DNA of 64,000 nucleotides from Macrostomum lignano (GCA_002269645.1 NIVC01000327.1:310001-374000), one strand, 5' to 3'; shown: positions 12,601 to 24,924, counted from the stretch's first letter. Notes: generated from the sequence alone by a model not told the origin. Numbers and translations are program-made.

Positions 12601-15600
12601 GTAAGTTAACAAGCTTGCAAAATTTTGAAATAGAAGCTGACAAATTGGTGAATGATTGCATTAGACCCATGAGCCAATGAAAGTTGTGCATGAATATTGG
12701 CTACACTGTGATCTGTCCTACAAAGGGTATAAATCACATTCTCCTAAGCAACACTTGAATGCACATCCATGATTTTTGGTGTAGCAAAAAGAGAGAACAG
12801 AAAGCAATAAAGCTGAAGCCCAGTGAGAAATATTCTACTGCTTTAGAATTTTTATGCTTTTCCAAGTTTTTCTATAGATATCTCTTTGTCAAAGCAGTCT
12901 AACAAAAAAGTCTGAGTGCATTCAATCAAAAGTACTTTCACTATTTTCCACTAGCTTGTTAACTTACTATAAGTCTATGGCCAAGCTCTTGCTAAATTTC
13001 TGTCCCTAACTTTGTTTCCATTGTCTGATTTTAAAGATGTTAAAGTTATGAAAAAGTTTATATAAAGAAGGGAGTTGCTGCTATAAAATTGTATAGGATC
13101 ATCAAGAGGTATATTGAAAAGTAACATTACTTTTGAGACAGCCCTCATATTTTATGTTGAAATATTTTAGGTATATTACATTAAAATTAAATATATATAA
13201 ATATAGAGAAATGGTGGTTATAGCAGAACCCCAAGAATCATTAAATCATTGATCTATGGCATCACTATCACTATAGTAGCATTTCCCTACTAAAAAGAAT
13301 GAAGTTACTCCTTTTATTTATAAACAAAATTATAAATTAGTATAACAAAAATACAGATTTTTGTTTTAAAAGTCTGTGTTTTCCTACTAATTTATAATAT
13401 TATAAATTACCCTAAACACCCTAAACAGTGTCCCCCCCTGTTGAAGTTTATATTTCTTCATTAATAAAACTTCCAATAATCTCTTTGATTTTGAACAGCT
13501 TGTCGGATGCGCCATTCTCGGCATCGCCATCTTCCTCTATGTTGACAAGACCTTCAAAGGCATCAAAGACAATATGGACGAAAGCAAATTTGTGTTAGAC
13601 ATTATTCTATTCTCCGCTATTGGTGTAGGCGGCATTACAATCATTGTTAGCACGTTTGGCTGCTGTGGCGCCTATCACGAGTCCGAGTGCCTGTTGGGCA
13701 CCTACTTTCTCTGCCTGTTTATCATCGTTGCCGCCGAGGTTGCTGCTGGGGTGCTCATCTTTGTCAAGTCTGACAAGGATGTTGTGAGTTGGCTCACTTG
13801 ACTTACTACTCTAATCTCTGCCCTATATGACTTGGTATCCCCCTGCCGTCACATAATTACCCTCTATGACCTGATCTGCCTCTGCTGTCATATATTTACC
13901 CTCTATGACCTGATCTGCCTCTGCTGTCATTTATTTACCCTCTATGACCTGATCTGCCTCTGCTGTCATTTATTTACTCTCTATGACCTGATCTGCCTCT
14001 GCTGTCATTTATTTACCCTCCATGACCTGATCTGCCTCTGCTGTCATTTATTTACCCTCCATGACCTGATCTGCCTCTGCTGTCATTTATTTACCCTCTA
14101 TGACCTGATCTGCCTCTGCTGTCATATCTTTAACCCTCTATGACCTGGTCTGCCTCTGCTGTCATTTATTTACCCTCTATGACCTGATCTGCCTCTGCTG
14201 TCATATCTTTAACCCTCTATGACCTGATCTGCCTCTGCTGTCATATATTTACCCTCTATGACCTGATCTGCCTCTGCTGTCATATCTTTAACCCTCTATG
14301 ACCTGATCTGCCTCTGCTGTCATTTATTTACCCTCTATGACCTGATCCGCCTCTGCTGTCATATCTTTAACCCTCTATGACCTAATCTGCCCCTGCTGTT
14401 ATATCCTTACCCTCTATGACCTATGAGTCATATCCTTGCTCTGTCCCCTATTCCTTACTTACCAGGTTAAATCCTTCCTTACTTATCTCAGGTCAAATAA
14501 ATCATCGTTAAACACCCTCCGCCTTCAGTTCCGCGAAGCCATCAACAAAAGCCTGCTATCCTCGGTTGAGTCGTACATGAAAGATGCCGGCGATGCAGCC
14601 CCGCCGCAGCACCTGCGCTCCATTCAGAGCTATATGAAATGCTGCGGCGCTAACTCCGTGTTTGACTATGCCAGCAGGATGGAACTGGTTAGCAGTCAGG
14701 ATAAAGTGATTAAAGTTGCTAAAGCTTGTCTGTCTGATAAGGAATCGCCCGGCGTTACGGATCTGATGGCCTTGAAAGATGTAATAAACTAAATGATTTA
14801 TTATTGGTTATTTCTACTCGAATATCATCTTTTCTTTGCCTTATCACTAATTAAATACTTTTTCAATACCATTCAGGGCTGCACCGATAAGATCATGACT
14901 TTCCTGTCTAACAACAAGCTTTGGGTATTGATTACCGTTGTAATTGTTGCCGCCTTCGAGGTGAGTTTCGCTGACCGACTTTTCCGCAATTGTACATGCA
15001 TCTCTTAATGTACACTCTCCCTGACCCTCTCTTCACCCACCCCTGCAGTGTACACTCTTCACCCACCCCTTGCAGTGTACACTCTTCACCCACCCCTTGC
15101 AGTGTACACTGTTCACCCACCCCTGCAGTTTACACTCTTCACCTGACACCCACCCGAATGTACACTCATCACCCACCCGAATGTACACTCATCACCTACC
15201 CGAATGTACACTCATCACCCACCCGAATGTACACTCATCATCCACCCGAATGTACACTCATCACCCACCCGAATGTACACTTATCACCCACCCGAATGTA
15301 CACTCATCACCCACCCGAATGTACACTCATCACCCACCCGAATGTACACTCATCACCCACCCGAATGTACACTCATCACCCACCCGAATGTACACTCATC
15401 ACCCACCCGAATGTACACTCATCACCCACCCAAATGTACACTCATCACCCACCCGAATGTACACTCATCACCCACCCGAATGTACACTCATCACCCACCC
15501 GAATGTACACTCATCACCCACCCGAATGTACACTCATCACCCACCCGAATGTACACTCATCACCCACCCGAATGTACACTCATCACCCACCCGAATGTAC

Positions 15601-15750
15601 ACTCATCACCCACCCGAATGTACACTCATCACCCACCCGAATGTACACTCATCACCCACCCTATTCCAGCTGCTCACTCTGATTGTCGCCATGAGTCTGT
15701 GCTGCACCGTGAGACGCATGGAGTCCGGCTACATTGGCGTTAGCACCTAA
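9601..15750 (+). CDS. Tetraspanin, 254 aa: join(9601-9663,13499-13783,14529-14780,14877-14960,15670-15750)
   Basis: All introns GT-AG and phase 0; four hydrophobic segments, FGCCGAYHESECLLGTYF small inner loop, CCG motif plus two more Cys in the large extracellular loop; the exon-3 acceptor could alternatively be at 14466. Confidence 0.92.
11149..11788. mobile_element. hAT-like MITE carrying a nested MITE
   Basis: TIR cagtggtcgtggc / gccacgaccaatg; perfect 8-bp TSD agatccag at 11141-11148 and 11789-11796. Confidence 0.85.
11425..11713. mobile_element. MITE family A (CATACATG termini)
   Basis: TIR catacatgcgcaac / gttgcacatgtatg; perfect 8-bp TSD tgtatata; homologous copies at 39103 and 48342. 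Confidence 0.9.
12273..12435. mobile_element. Palindromic MITE sharing the family A terminus (copy 1; related copy at ~38143-38290)
   Basis: Starts catacatgcgcaac; internal inverted repeat ttctattggcaacat...atgtgttgccaatagaa; right end damaged. Confidence 0.6.
13826..14424 (+). repeat. 39-40-bp minisatellite filling tetraspanin intron 2
   Basis: Unit ccctctatgacctgatctgcctctgctgtcatttattta. Confidence 0.95.
15030..15660 (+). repeat. 23-bp minisatellite filling tetraspanin intron 4
   Basis: Unit cacccacccgaatgtacactcat; ends 9 nt before the exon-5 start. Confidence 0.95.
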
Positions 15751-16185
15751 ATGATTTTGGCTTGGGTTGCGTCAGCAGAAAGACTTGCAACTATTTATTA
15801 TGTGACTAATTAAACAGTTGGAATGCAGTGTTCCGATGGCTCTGGTTTTGTTATACAGTTTTTTCTCTCCCAGTTTTTTCTTCAACTTTTTACAAGCAAA
15901 AAAAGAATCTAAACTAAACTATCTATTGGAAATCCAAAAAACGAAGACATTTTTTTGTTTCAAAGTGCGTATTGTATTTGGTTTAACAGTTGTTTTTACA
16001 CACTGCAAGATGTGTATGTGTTAATACTGTGTTGTCACTTCACCCTGAGGTAACAGTGGCGCAATGTCCAATTTGGACTTTATTTTCATGTTACGCTATT
16101 AAATTTGGATTATTATACTAAATTATGTTTACGTATAGTATCTGTTGTTAAGCTAGTGCAATAATGCTCTCATTATAGGCATATA

Positions 16186-16932
16186 TGAGGGGTGTTTCAA
16201 AAGTGGCGATAATTTTGTTATAACTTTTGATTGGATGATACCCAAAAATTTTACACATATGAACAACTAATAGCTTTATTTTAAGCCTTATATAGCTGCA
16301 CGCAACTGTGTAATCGTAAATGAAAGATCATGTCTCAAAATTTTAAATTACAATTTTTGTCTATGGCAAAAGTAACCAAGTTTGAACGTGTTTATCAAGT
16401 CAAAAATCCGACACAATTTTTCGTTTCTTCAGCAATTTCAGCGAGCTCTACAAAGCTGCCATTCATCTGGATACCCCTTCTCGCAGCGATGCACCAGTTT
16501 TGTTAATTTCCTCCCAAAAACTTGACGACATTTGCGGACCATCCAAAGTCTCAGTCGGAAAAAAATTGTGTGGCCACATCAGTCAGAAATTGCAGCTTTA
16601 TCCAGGAATGCTATGCAGCTCAAAACTGCAAGATTATTCCCAAGCAACTTTGCCCATAGAAACCAGAGTGAGCCTTTATGAGAAAGAGCCAAATTTAGCA
16701 GCAGAAGTTTAAAAGACTTCAAATTTTAAACTTTTTTGAGTCTTTGCCATAGACAAAAATCGTAATCTTCAATCTCGAGGCATGGACTTTCATTTACGAT
16801 TGCACAGTTGCGTGCAGCTATATAACGCTTAAAATAAAGCTATTAGTTGTTCATATGTGTAAAATTTTTGGGTGAAAATTTCAGGTTCATACGTTTATAA
16901 CAAAATTCTCGTTGCTTTTGAAACACCCCTCG
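16186..16932 (-). mobile_element. Internally deleted mariner (Tc1/mariner) element
   Basis: TA flanks, termini (t/c)gaggggtgtttcaaaag, ~200-bp TIRs; minus-strand remnant reads GINKLVHRCEKGIQMNGSFVE after one indel correction, the mariner transposase C-terminus. Confidence 0.85.
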
Positions 16933-19711
16933 TATTTATATCAGCTTGTGACTACTTAAATGCTCTCTCTATCTCTGTTTTACTGTCAATATTACAATTA
17001 ATTTATTTATTAGCATATTAATTAGCTTACTTAAATCGCTTCTTTTTCTCGGTGGCATTACCTAAATTAAAATCGTGCGTGTGTACATAAGCTTGCCTGT
17101 CCCACTATATATATTTATTAAAATGCTAATATTTGTGTCGCAGCTTTTATCGGAAACCCCTGATGCTGCTTGCTGATATTACACAGCTTAACTGACTGTT
17201 AAACGATAAATTATTCAGTTGGTTTTTAGTCGAACGATCTCCATTATTTATTCTGTGTATTGTGTAATACGTGTCTACGTATTGAAATTATTATTATTAT
17301 TATTATTAATAATTATACCTGTTAAAACTAAACTTCGCAAAGTTTAATTTATCTCCACAAATATTTTTTTTCAATGCCTCTTTGTCTGTCTCGTCTCTTT
17401 ATACTCGATCGTACTATGCATATGCAATAACCAAGCTGGGGAAGTATGAGTAAATTACAGTTGCTGTCATCTATTATTATTATTAATAATAATTACTAAT
17501 TGTCTGTCTTGTCGCTTTTTTGTGCTACTGAAGCTTATTAATGTTATTATTATAACAAAACACCTTACAACTTTAATTGTTTTCTGTTTTACGGAAACTA
17601 ATAATAATCAGCAATATTATTGTTTAACTTTTTAGAGTGAGAAAAAATTTAATAAATAAAGGAACATTCGCTTTGTGATTGACGGTGTTATTGGTGTCGT
17701 TATTTTAAGGCAACTGTTCGTTGACCTTGGAAAGGAAACGGTCAGGGCAATTGCTTGCAACTTTGCAAGTTAAGCTGAAGGTTGGCATCATCTGTTATTT
17801 TAGCATTTTATGACTGCAGCTGCTACAAAGTTCGCTCGTCGTTGCTAGTTAGAATTATAAACTGAAAAGTATGCATAATTTAACATTTGGGTTCGGATTT
17901 GGATTTGAATTCGCAGGTTTCTTGGTTTGCTTCAGACACTTGCAGTTGCAGAGACAGGCACAGACAGAACAAGGGTAGACGTTGAACTAAGCAACGGAAG
18001 AAGAGCGATGGGCAAAGGACGCTCGGTCGGGGGTTGGAATTATTGGCTGGCCTGCCATTTTGAGGCCTTCAACCACGCATGGCTGGGCTTCTGGCCTGGC
18101 TTTACTACACGGCTAGGTCTAATCCCGGCCTGTACAATTAGTACAGCCTGACTTTGGACCAGATAATGGCTAGGGAGAGAGATTTCTCTGTCCTATCGGC
18201 TGGGTATGTACGTTTGCCTAATTTGGCGGTTCCTGCGCGCGGGGGGTTGGGAGAGGGTTAGAAGGTTTGGAACTGAACTGACTGTTCGTTCAAAATCGAT
18301 GCGAGGGGGGAGCTGCTAAGAGTTTTTTCTCTCGCCTTGTAAACCTCTCTCCCAGTCCCCCACTATAACGGGGGAATATGGGGGTGATGGGCACGGGCGG
18401 AGGGGCATGGGGTGGGAGGGTGGTTTGAAGATAATTCTCCTTTTGAAGACGCAGGCGAAGGGTGCTGGTAGGCTTCTCTTTTCTTTGTAATTAAGATTAA
18501 GACCGACAAACCTATAGAGATGTATAGTACATGTACCGACTGTACACATTTTGTCAGGCCTATATTTAGCAGTTATTTCAGAGAAATTACGAGTAAGACA
18601 TCAAACGGTCCGTTAGTTGAAATTTAAATGTACATTGCTACTGTAGATCGTCTTCTATCTTATCTTCAGTTCAGTTTTCCTCTTATTAACTCTGCCGTTG
18701 GCCTTCTCGCCGGAAAGTATATCGACCTGTACATGTTTTATGTACATGTATTGGGTTGGCCGAAGTTTTGATTTTGTACCCTTATAATTATCTATGCCTG
18801 TTTTCCTAATTTTCCCTTTCTCGGACTGGGGCTATTTCGTCTGTGTTATGTTGAAGGCTTATTGGTGGAAAAAAGCAAGAGAAGGATCAGCCAGAACTTT
18901 GCCTGGCTCGCAGCTACAGCTAATCCACTAGAGAATGTACACATACATGTAGGCACAGTTGCATTGCGCCGATATCTGTTACCCCCGGTCACATGCAGGC
19001 TCGCGTAGTAGCTATACTCATAGCTCTCCCAACTCGGTAGAAATCCAAAGGCATGTTGAGGGCTATAAATTATTTTTTTCGGTAATTACATACATACCCA
19101 GAGTACATGTACGTCAAAGCATTTTCCCCTGGCAGCTAATGCTAAGTTGTTCTTGGCCGCGGTTGCTTGGAATTGTTGCCTTGGCGATCTTCTGTCATAC
19201 CCCAAGAAGTTCCCCCATTGGGAGTGGGAAGGAACAGGAAGAAGTTCACACTGTAAAGCCGCAGCCGCAGAAATGCCTCTGCCAGTTTCTTTTAGATCCC
19301 AGTTATCCCCTTTGTATAGAAAAATCCCAATCGGTATCCCTATCTATAGCAGTGCAGCACTCTATTCCTATTCAATATTTTCATGCCACCATATACTACA
19401 CTACACAGCCATGCAGTTTTCCTGACATTTCATATACAGGGCGCGAGATTCCAAAAAATGCTAGAAAATCTCAGTAAAGGGATATAATAAAATTTCTGTA
19501 TATGCACGACTGCACAATAGCATATACAGATGAAAAAGCGTCGAAAAAAGATAATCGATCAGTTATATATTTGCCAGAATCATTGCGCTTCCGGTGCACA
19601 CTGGCTAGGGCCTTTATTATCTGGAATTAAATGGCTTCCGTTAGTGGAGCAGCCAATTTTTTTGCACAAGAATGAATAAATATCTGTACTCTGCGACGGG
19701 GGCAATCATAA

Positions 19712-22058
19712 CACTGGGTAACAAAAAAATCTTTTTTAAAAATTGTCCAGGGTTTTCCAGCTGAATTAGACTAATTTTGATGCTCTGAGTCTGAAAATGA
19801 CCTTGGTTTTGCTCAGTCAGGTCAGGATTTTTCACTACAGAAATTTTTTAAAATTCTATTTTCCATAAAACAAATTTTTGTATATTATAAGAAACCCCTA
19901 GTTTTTCCATTTTCCCCAAGAAATAAAAGTCTATTCATTCAGTTTTATTTACTCTATTAAATTGATCAGAATGTATTAGATATGATCAAGGTGTTATCAT
20001 AGTATTAATTAGTAAGCTCGTATAAGAAAAGTGTTACTCGTACATGACAAAAGTTCAAAGTTCACGGCATAAATCGGCATTTCTTCGATTCCCGTGTGTG
20101 AGTAGCTGCTGGGTTGTCTCTCTTCAGTGACCAGCAGTAGTCCGCCAGCATGACTGCGTCCCACCTCCCTTGGTACCTCTCCTCCATTTGGCGCATGTCC
20201 TGATGGAACCTTTCTCCCTGCTCGTCGCTCATTGCTCCAAGGTTTTCAGGAAACTTCTCCATGTGTGAGAACAGGAAGTGCATCTTTATGCTCATCAAAC
20301 ACCCGAGTTTTCTGAAGGCCTCTATCATGTTGCTGATGAGTCTGGCGTGGTTTGGTGCCTTCGTGTTCCCTAGAAAGTTGTTCACCACCTGCACAAACGA
20401 TTTCCAGGCAGCGCACTCTAGCGTGTTCATGGAGTTTTGAAACTCTGGGTCTTTGATGAGCTGCCGGATCTGTGGGCCATCGAAGATGCCAGCCTTCAGC
20501 TTCTCAATGGTCAGTCGAGGAAAAGCTTGGCACAGGTAGTTAAAGCACCTCCCATCTTTGTCAAGAGCGCGCGTGAACTGTTTCATTAACCCAAGCTTCA
20601 TATGTAGCGGTGGGATCAATATCTTCTCCCGGTCAACAAGAGGTTCGTTTACAATGTTTCTTGCTCCAGGTACTAACTGCTCTCGCGCAGGCCACTCTTT
20701 TTTTACATAGTGCTGGGCTCTGTCTCGACTGTCCCACATACATATGAAGCATGGGTATTTTGTGAACCCGGATTGCTGACCAAGTAAAAAGTTCACCATC
20801 TTGAAGTCGACGCAGATGATCCATTGGTGCTGCTCATATTGGATTTTGTCGAGCACATACTTCACTGCTTCATATTTCTCTTTGAGAGTTGTCGAATGCG
20901 CAAGAGGGATTGAGGCGAACTGGTTCCCATTGTGGAGGAGCACACACTTTAAAGAGCGTTTACAACTGTCAATGAAGAGTCGCCAATCTCTCGGATCATA
21001 TTGAGGAGCGCCGAGTTTGACAACAAGACTGGAGACATCTTGGCAATACACGAGGTCTTCCTCCTGGCAGAAGTAGACCATGTATTCATCATGTCTTCTG
21101 CGAAAGAAGGTAATACGCGCGTCCTCACCAAGAAGATTTTTCTCTTTGAGTCTCGAGGCCAACAGCTCGGAAGAAGTCTTCGACAAGCTGACATCCCGAA
21201 CCAGATCATTAAGCTCACATTGTGAAAAAGGCTGTGGACCATCTTGTGCTTCATATTTGTCTTCTGTATCTCCTTCCTCATCTGTAGTGCTCAGGGTCTC
21301 ATCATCAAAATCAGGAAGCTCTGTGAATGCTGGTATCGGAATTTCTTCGCAGTGAGCAACTGGACGGCGGGCAGATGGAAGGTCGGGGTACTGGACGGCT
21401 ATGCCGATTCTTCCTGTTGATACCAGTAGTGTTGATGGCGCAGAAGTAACAATCCGATGCATGGTCAAATGGCTCCCTCCAAACCATCGGAATTCCAAAC
21501 TTCAGTGAAGTTTTTGCGCCCTTTGTCCACCGCCGGAGGTATTCCACGCACGTCTTGCACACTGTGTGGGGTGCCCAGGACTTATCTTGGTCACCCAACT
21601 TGACTTTAAAATAAGCCTGGTAGGCACGCTTCACAAATCCTGTGATGTTCTTCCTGTCTACTGATAGCGTGTATTCTCCGCAGATATAGCAGAAAACGTC
21701 AGGATTATTCCTGCATGACCGTCGAGCCGAAGCCATATCAATAAGCTGAAAGTAATGGCAAGATGCCATATATTGATGAACATATATAATATAATCTAAT
21801 ATATAAATGATATATTTATTTAAATAACATATAAATATAATACTAAAATAATGTAGGGCCTATTTATCATAGATACAAAAGTGGAACTTAAGACCCCTAT
21901 AGTATTAGCATATGCATAGCCCGTCAGGTAGACGTATGGCTGTATCTCAAAAAGTTGACCTGATAGGGCAAAATCAATGTGATATTCAGACTCAGAGCAC
22001 CAAAGTTAGTCTGAATCAGCTGAGAAAACTCTGACGATTTTTTAACTGTTACCCAGTG
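19712..22058 (-). mobile_element. Chapaev3-type (CMC superfamily) DNA transposon, 2347 bp
   Basis: Termini cactgggtaaca / tgttacccagtg with ~100-bp imperfect TIR (shared ...tgctctgagtctgaa...); encloses a transposase; left flank TAA, right flank does not reproduce a TSD. Confidence 0.8.
20062..21736 (-). pseudogene. Chapaev3-type transposase, ~557 aa if one extra base at ~21396 is removed
   Basis: FCYICGEY, DQDKSWAPHTVCKTC, WREPFDHASDCYFC in ORF 21311-21769; CVDFKMVNFLLGQQSGFTKYPCFIC, PPLHMKLG, SDEQGERFHQD in ORF 20062-21498; junction restores HSLQYPDLPSARRPV. Confidence 0.85.
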
Positions 22059-22067
22059 ATCAGTGGG

Positions 22068-22560
22068 ATGAGTGCCTGCATGCGGCGCCAAAATGAGTGC
22101 CTGTGGCACTAGAATGAGTGCCTGTCTGCGGCGCCAAAATGAGTTCCTGCGGCGCTAAAACGAGTACATGCGGGACTAAAAATGATCGTGCCTGCATGTG
22201 GCGCTTCAATGAGTGCCTGCTTGTGGCGCTAAAATGAGTGCCCGCGGCGGCGCCAAAATGAGTGCTTGCGGCGCCAAAATGAGTGTCTGTGGTGCTAAAA
22301 TGAGTGCCTGCGGCGCTAGAATGAGTGCCTGCATGCGGCGCCAAAATGAGTTCCTGCGGCGCTAAAACGAGTACCTGCGGGACTAAAAATGATCGTGCCT
22401 GCATGTGGCGCTAAATGAGTGCCCGCGGCGGCGCCAAAATGAGTGCTTGCGGCGCCAAAATGAGTGTCTGTGGTGCTAAAATGAGTGCCTGCGGCGCAAA
22501 AATGTGCCTGCGGCGCCAAAATGAATGCATGCGGCGCCAAAATGAGTACCTCCGGCGCCA
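22068..22560 (+). repeat. ~21-bp GC-rich minisatellite (gcggcgccaaaatgagtgcct), probably inside a MITE whose end lies at ~22655
   Basis: Units visible; followed by ccccccgcacc...ggcgacgcccctg. Confidence 0.85.
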
Positions 22561-23151
22561 AACATTAGTATACAACACGGATTCTTCATTTAGGATTCTT
22601 GGTTTTGTCCCCCCCCCGCACCATGAAATTCATGGCGACGCCCCTGCAGAGTGCGCATGCTAAAAACTTTTCTGCCGCCAATTCAAACGCACAATAGACG
22701 GCAGCGCGCCGTTGTGAAAAAAAATTGGCCTGCAATTTCTTTCGGAAGAATTACCTGCCCCCCCTAGGGGGGGGCAGGCAGAGTTAAACTGCAACGAATT
22801 GAGGGCAGGGCTGAGTACATTAAATTGGTCGTCTGCATGGCACTCAACGCACTTGGAAAAAAGGTGTCAAGCTAGCTAAAGCTCAAACTGCAGTTATATC
22901 TTACTTTTTTAATTTCCAGTGTCACTTGAAAATGTACAGCAGTATAATATTCGAATAAGTAAAGCAAAATGAAATGTAAAAGAATCGAAAATTCAAATTT
23001 TAAACTGTACTATAGACTATAAACTGTGTGGCATAGCTCTAAACAGACTACTTACAAATATTAGAAAGTAGTCTTAACAATGTGTTAGAAGTTAGTGTAC
23101 CTATTGCAACATACTTATGTTCATTTAAGTTTAAGCCTTTCTTAATAAAAG

Positions 23152-23400
23152 TTTAAAGTTGCTGTGATTGAGTTCGTTGTCGATAAGTTCTCCACGGCTG
23201 TCCGAGATGGTTGAATACTACAGCGGATTGTGAGCGTTGAAGTCTCCAAAGACAAGGTAAGAGCCGTTGGAGCAGTCGAGGTGATAATCCGCGATGAGAA
23301 ATTGGAAGCTGTTCATGCTGTTCAGATAGGGACGCCCGCAATTGCCTCCTTATCCAACCATCGGGTCCTTTGAAACTTCCACAATAGCAATCCCACCTGC
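23152..23400 (-). mobile_element. Decayed non-LTR retrotransposon (LINE) apurinic endonuclease fragment
   Basis: Minus frame reads AGGIAIV...YLVFGDFNAHNPL*YSTISDSRGELIDNELNHSNF with in-frame stops; GDFNAH is the APE signature. Confidence 0.7.
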
Positions 23401-23528
23401 TCAGAGTTTGTCTCCTCTTCTTCTCGTTCTTGTCCTGTCTCGTTTTCATTCTCTATCTTTATCGTCTTCTCGATCCTCTCCTATTCAGCAGCCCTCAAGC
23501 TATTCCTTTGCTTCTTTTTTTCTCACTT

Positions 23529-23867
23529 CAGTGGCGTAGGCAAGGGGGGATAAGGATGTACCCCCGCCCCCCCCCCCGTGGGGCTGAGGGTCTGATGTGG
23601 GGGCATGAAAAAAAGTAGGTAAAAAAGAGAAAAAAAGCTAACAAATGGTCTAATCTAAAAGATAGCTACGTAACTAGTAACTAACACGGTGAGTACCAGA
23701 GGCGCTAAAATGAGTGTCAGCAGCGCTAAAAAAATTGAAGTACTTATAGTAGCAGGCACAGTAGATGGCGCATGTACGAGTAATTTTTTTAAAGTTACGT
23801 TACGCAATACTAATAAGCAGTCACCAGTTGTATCGCCCTGGGAAAAAAATTCTAGCTATGCCCCCCG
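23529..23867. mobile_element. hAT-like MITE
   Basis: Left terminus cagtggcgtagg, degenerate right terminus ctatgccccccg; TSD tctcactt / tctcaatt (7/8). Confidence 0.6.
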
Positions 23868-24108
23868 TCTCAATTCTCTTTTCTATACCCCTCGCTTCTT
23901 TCCTCTGGCCCGCAGCCATGCTCTGGATGCTCTATATCTGGCCTATTAGGTAAATGTCTTCCGACCCCCGATTAAAGTGGATAAAAATTGAAAACACGAT
24001 TCTAACTTTTAACAGATACATGGCAATGCATGACCACATATCAGGTAGTTGTCATTTATTAACGTATATTTGCGAAGAAAATTTACTTATACATGTAGCC
24101 GCTATAAG

Positions 24109-24552
24109 TCACAAGTCTGCTTGAATTCTGTCAAAAATTTGCTCTAACGATAAATTCTTCATCGCTTGAGTCTCCAGTCGAACCGCCTCAGCCTCCTGCT
24201 CTTCAACAATCAGAGAAGCAGCTCCCTGATGCTGTACACGCAGATCAAAACCGGACTCTTCAAGAGCCTGCAGTTCAGCGGCTTTCCATTTTCGAATTTC
24301 GACAGCAATTTTAGACACATCCTCGAGCAGCCGACCCGTAGATGTCATTGCCATCACATTCGACGAAGAATTCGTAGCATCTTCCTCCTCGGGATCTGTA
24401 TCCTCATCGTCTATTTCGCTGCCTGGAAGCTCTCCATTCTCGCTAGACAATATCTCGGAATTCTCTGCTTCCTCAGTGTCGGAAATGCAACGACTTTGCT
24501 CGTCTTTCTGATAGGAAACTGCAGATGGATTGAACTCTGGAGTCTCTGACAT
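24109..24552 (-). CDS. Orphan acidic protein, 147 aa, intronless ORF (MSETPEFNP...DRIQADL)
   Basis: Stop-free, GC above flanks, acidic N-half and helical C-half; no family recognised. Confidence 0.45.
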   Translation of the reverse strand: MSETPEFNPSAVSYQKDEQSRCISDTEEAENSEILSSENGELPGSEIDDEDTDPEEEDATNSSSNVMAMTSTGRLLEDVSKIAVEIRKWKAAELQALEESGFDLRVQHQGAASLIVEEQEAEAVRLETQAMKNLSLEQIFDRIQADL

Positions 24553-24924
24553 GATGCAGAGATTCACAGAAACCTCTGCCGACTGCAGTTACAGCGCCGG
24601 TTTTTATACACTTGCATGCAAAACTGCTTGTGGAAACTATGAATGCATACAAGTGCGCGATTCTTAATCTAATTTTTCTACCTATAGTTCTCATAATTCT
24701 TGTAAAAAGCCATCCCGCCAAAAGCTTTGTTTAGAAAATAATTAAATTAATAGATCAATTTATTGACTTGCCCTTGATGCAAGGTGGAGTATATACAAGA
24801 GCAGCATGGTTAAGAGAAACAGTTGTTCAACACATTCTGCTTTTCATCAAATAAAGTGCACTGCATCCCCAACTGCTAATATTAATGAATGCAGCTACAT
24901 GTGCTGCATAAATCATTAACCCGA

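Noticed and set aside
13832-15750. LYDLICLCCH and MYTHHPPECT repeat ORFs
   Set aside because: Intronic minisatellites of the tetraspanin gene
18959-19477. 172-aa and 92-aa plus-strand ORFs
   Set aside because: Non-ATG starts, no motifs, no splice support
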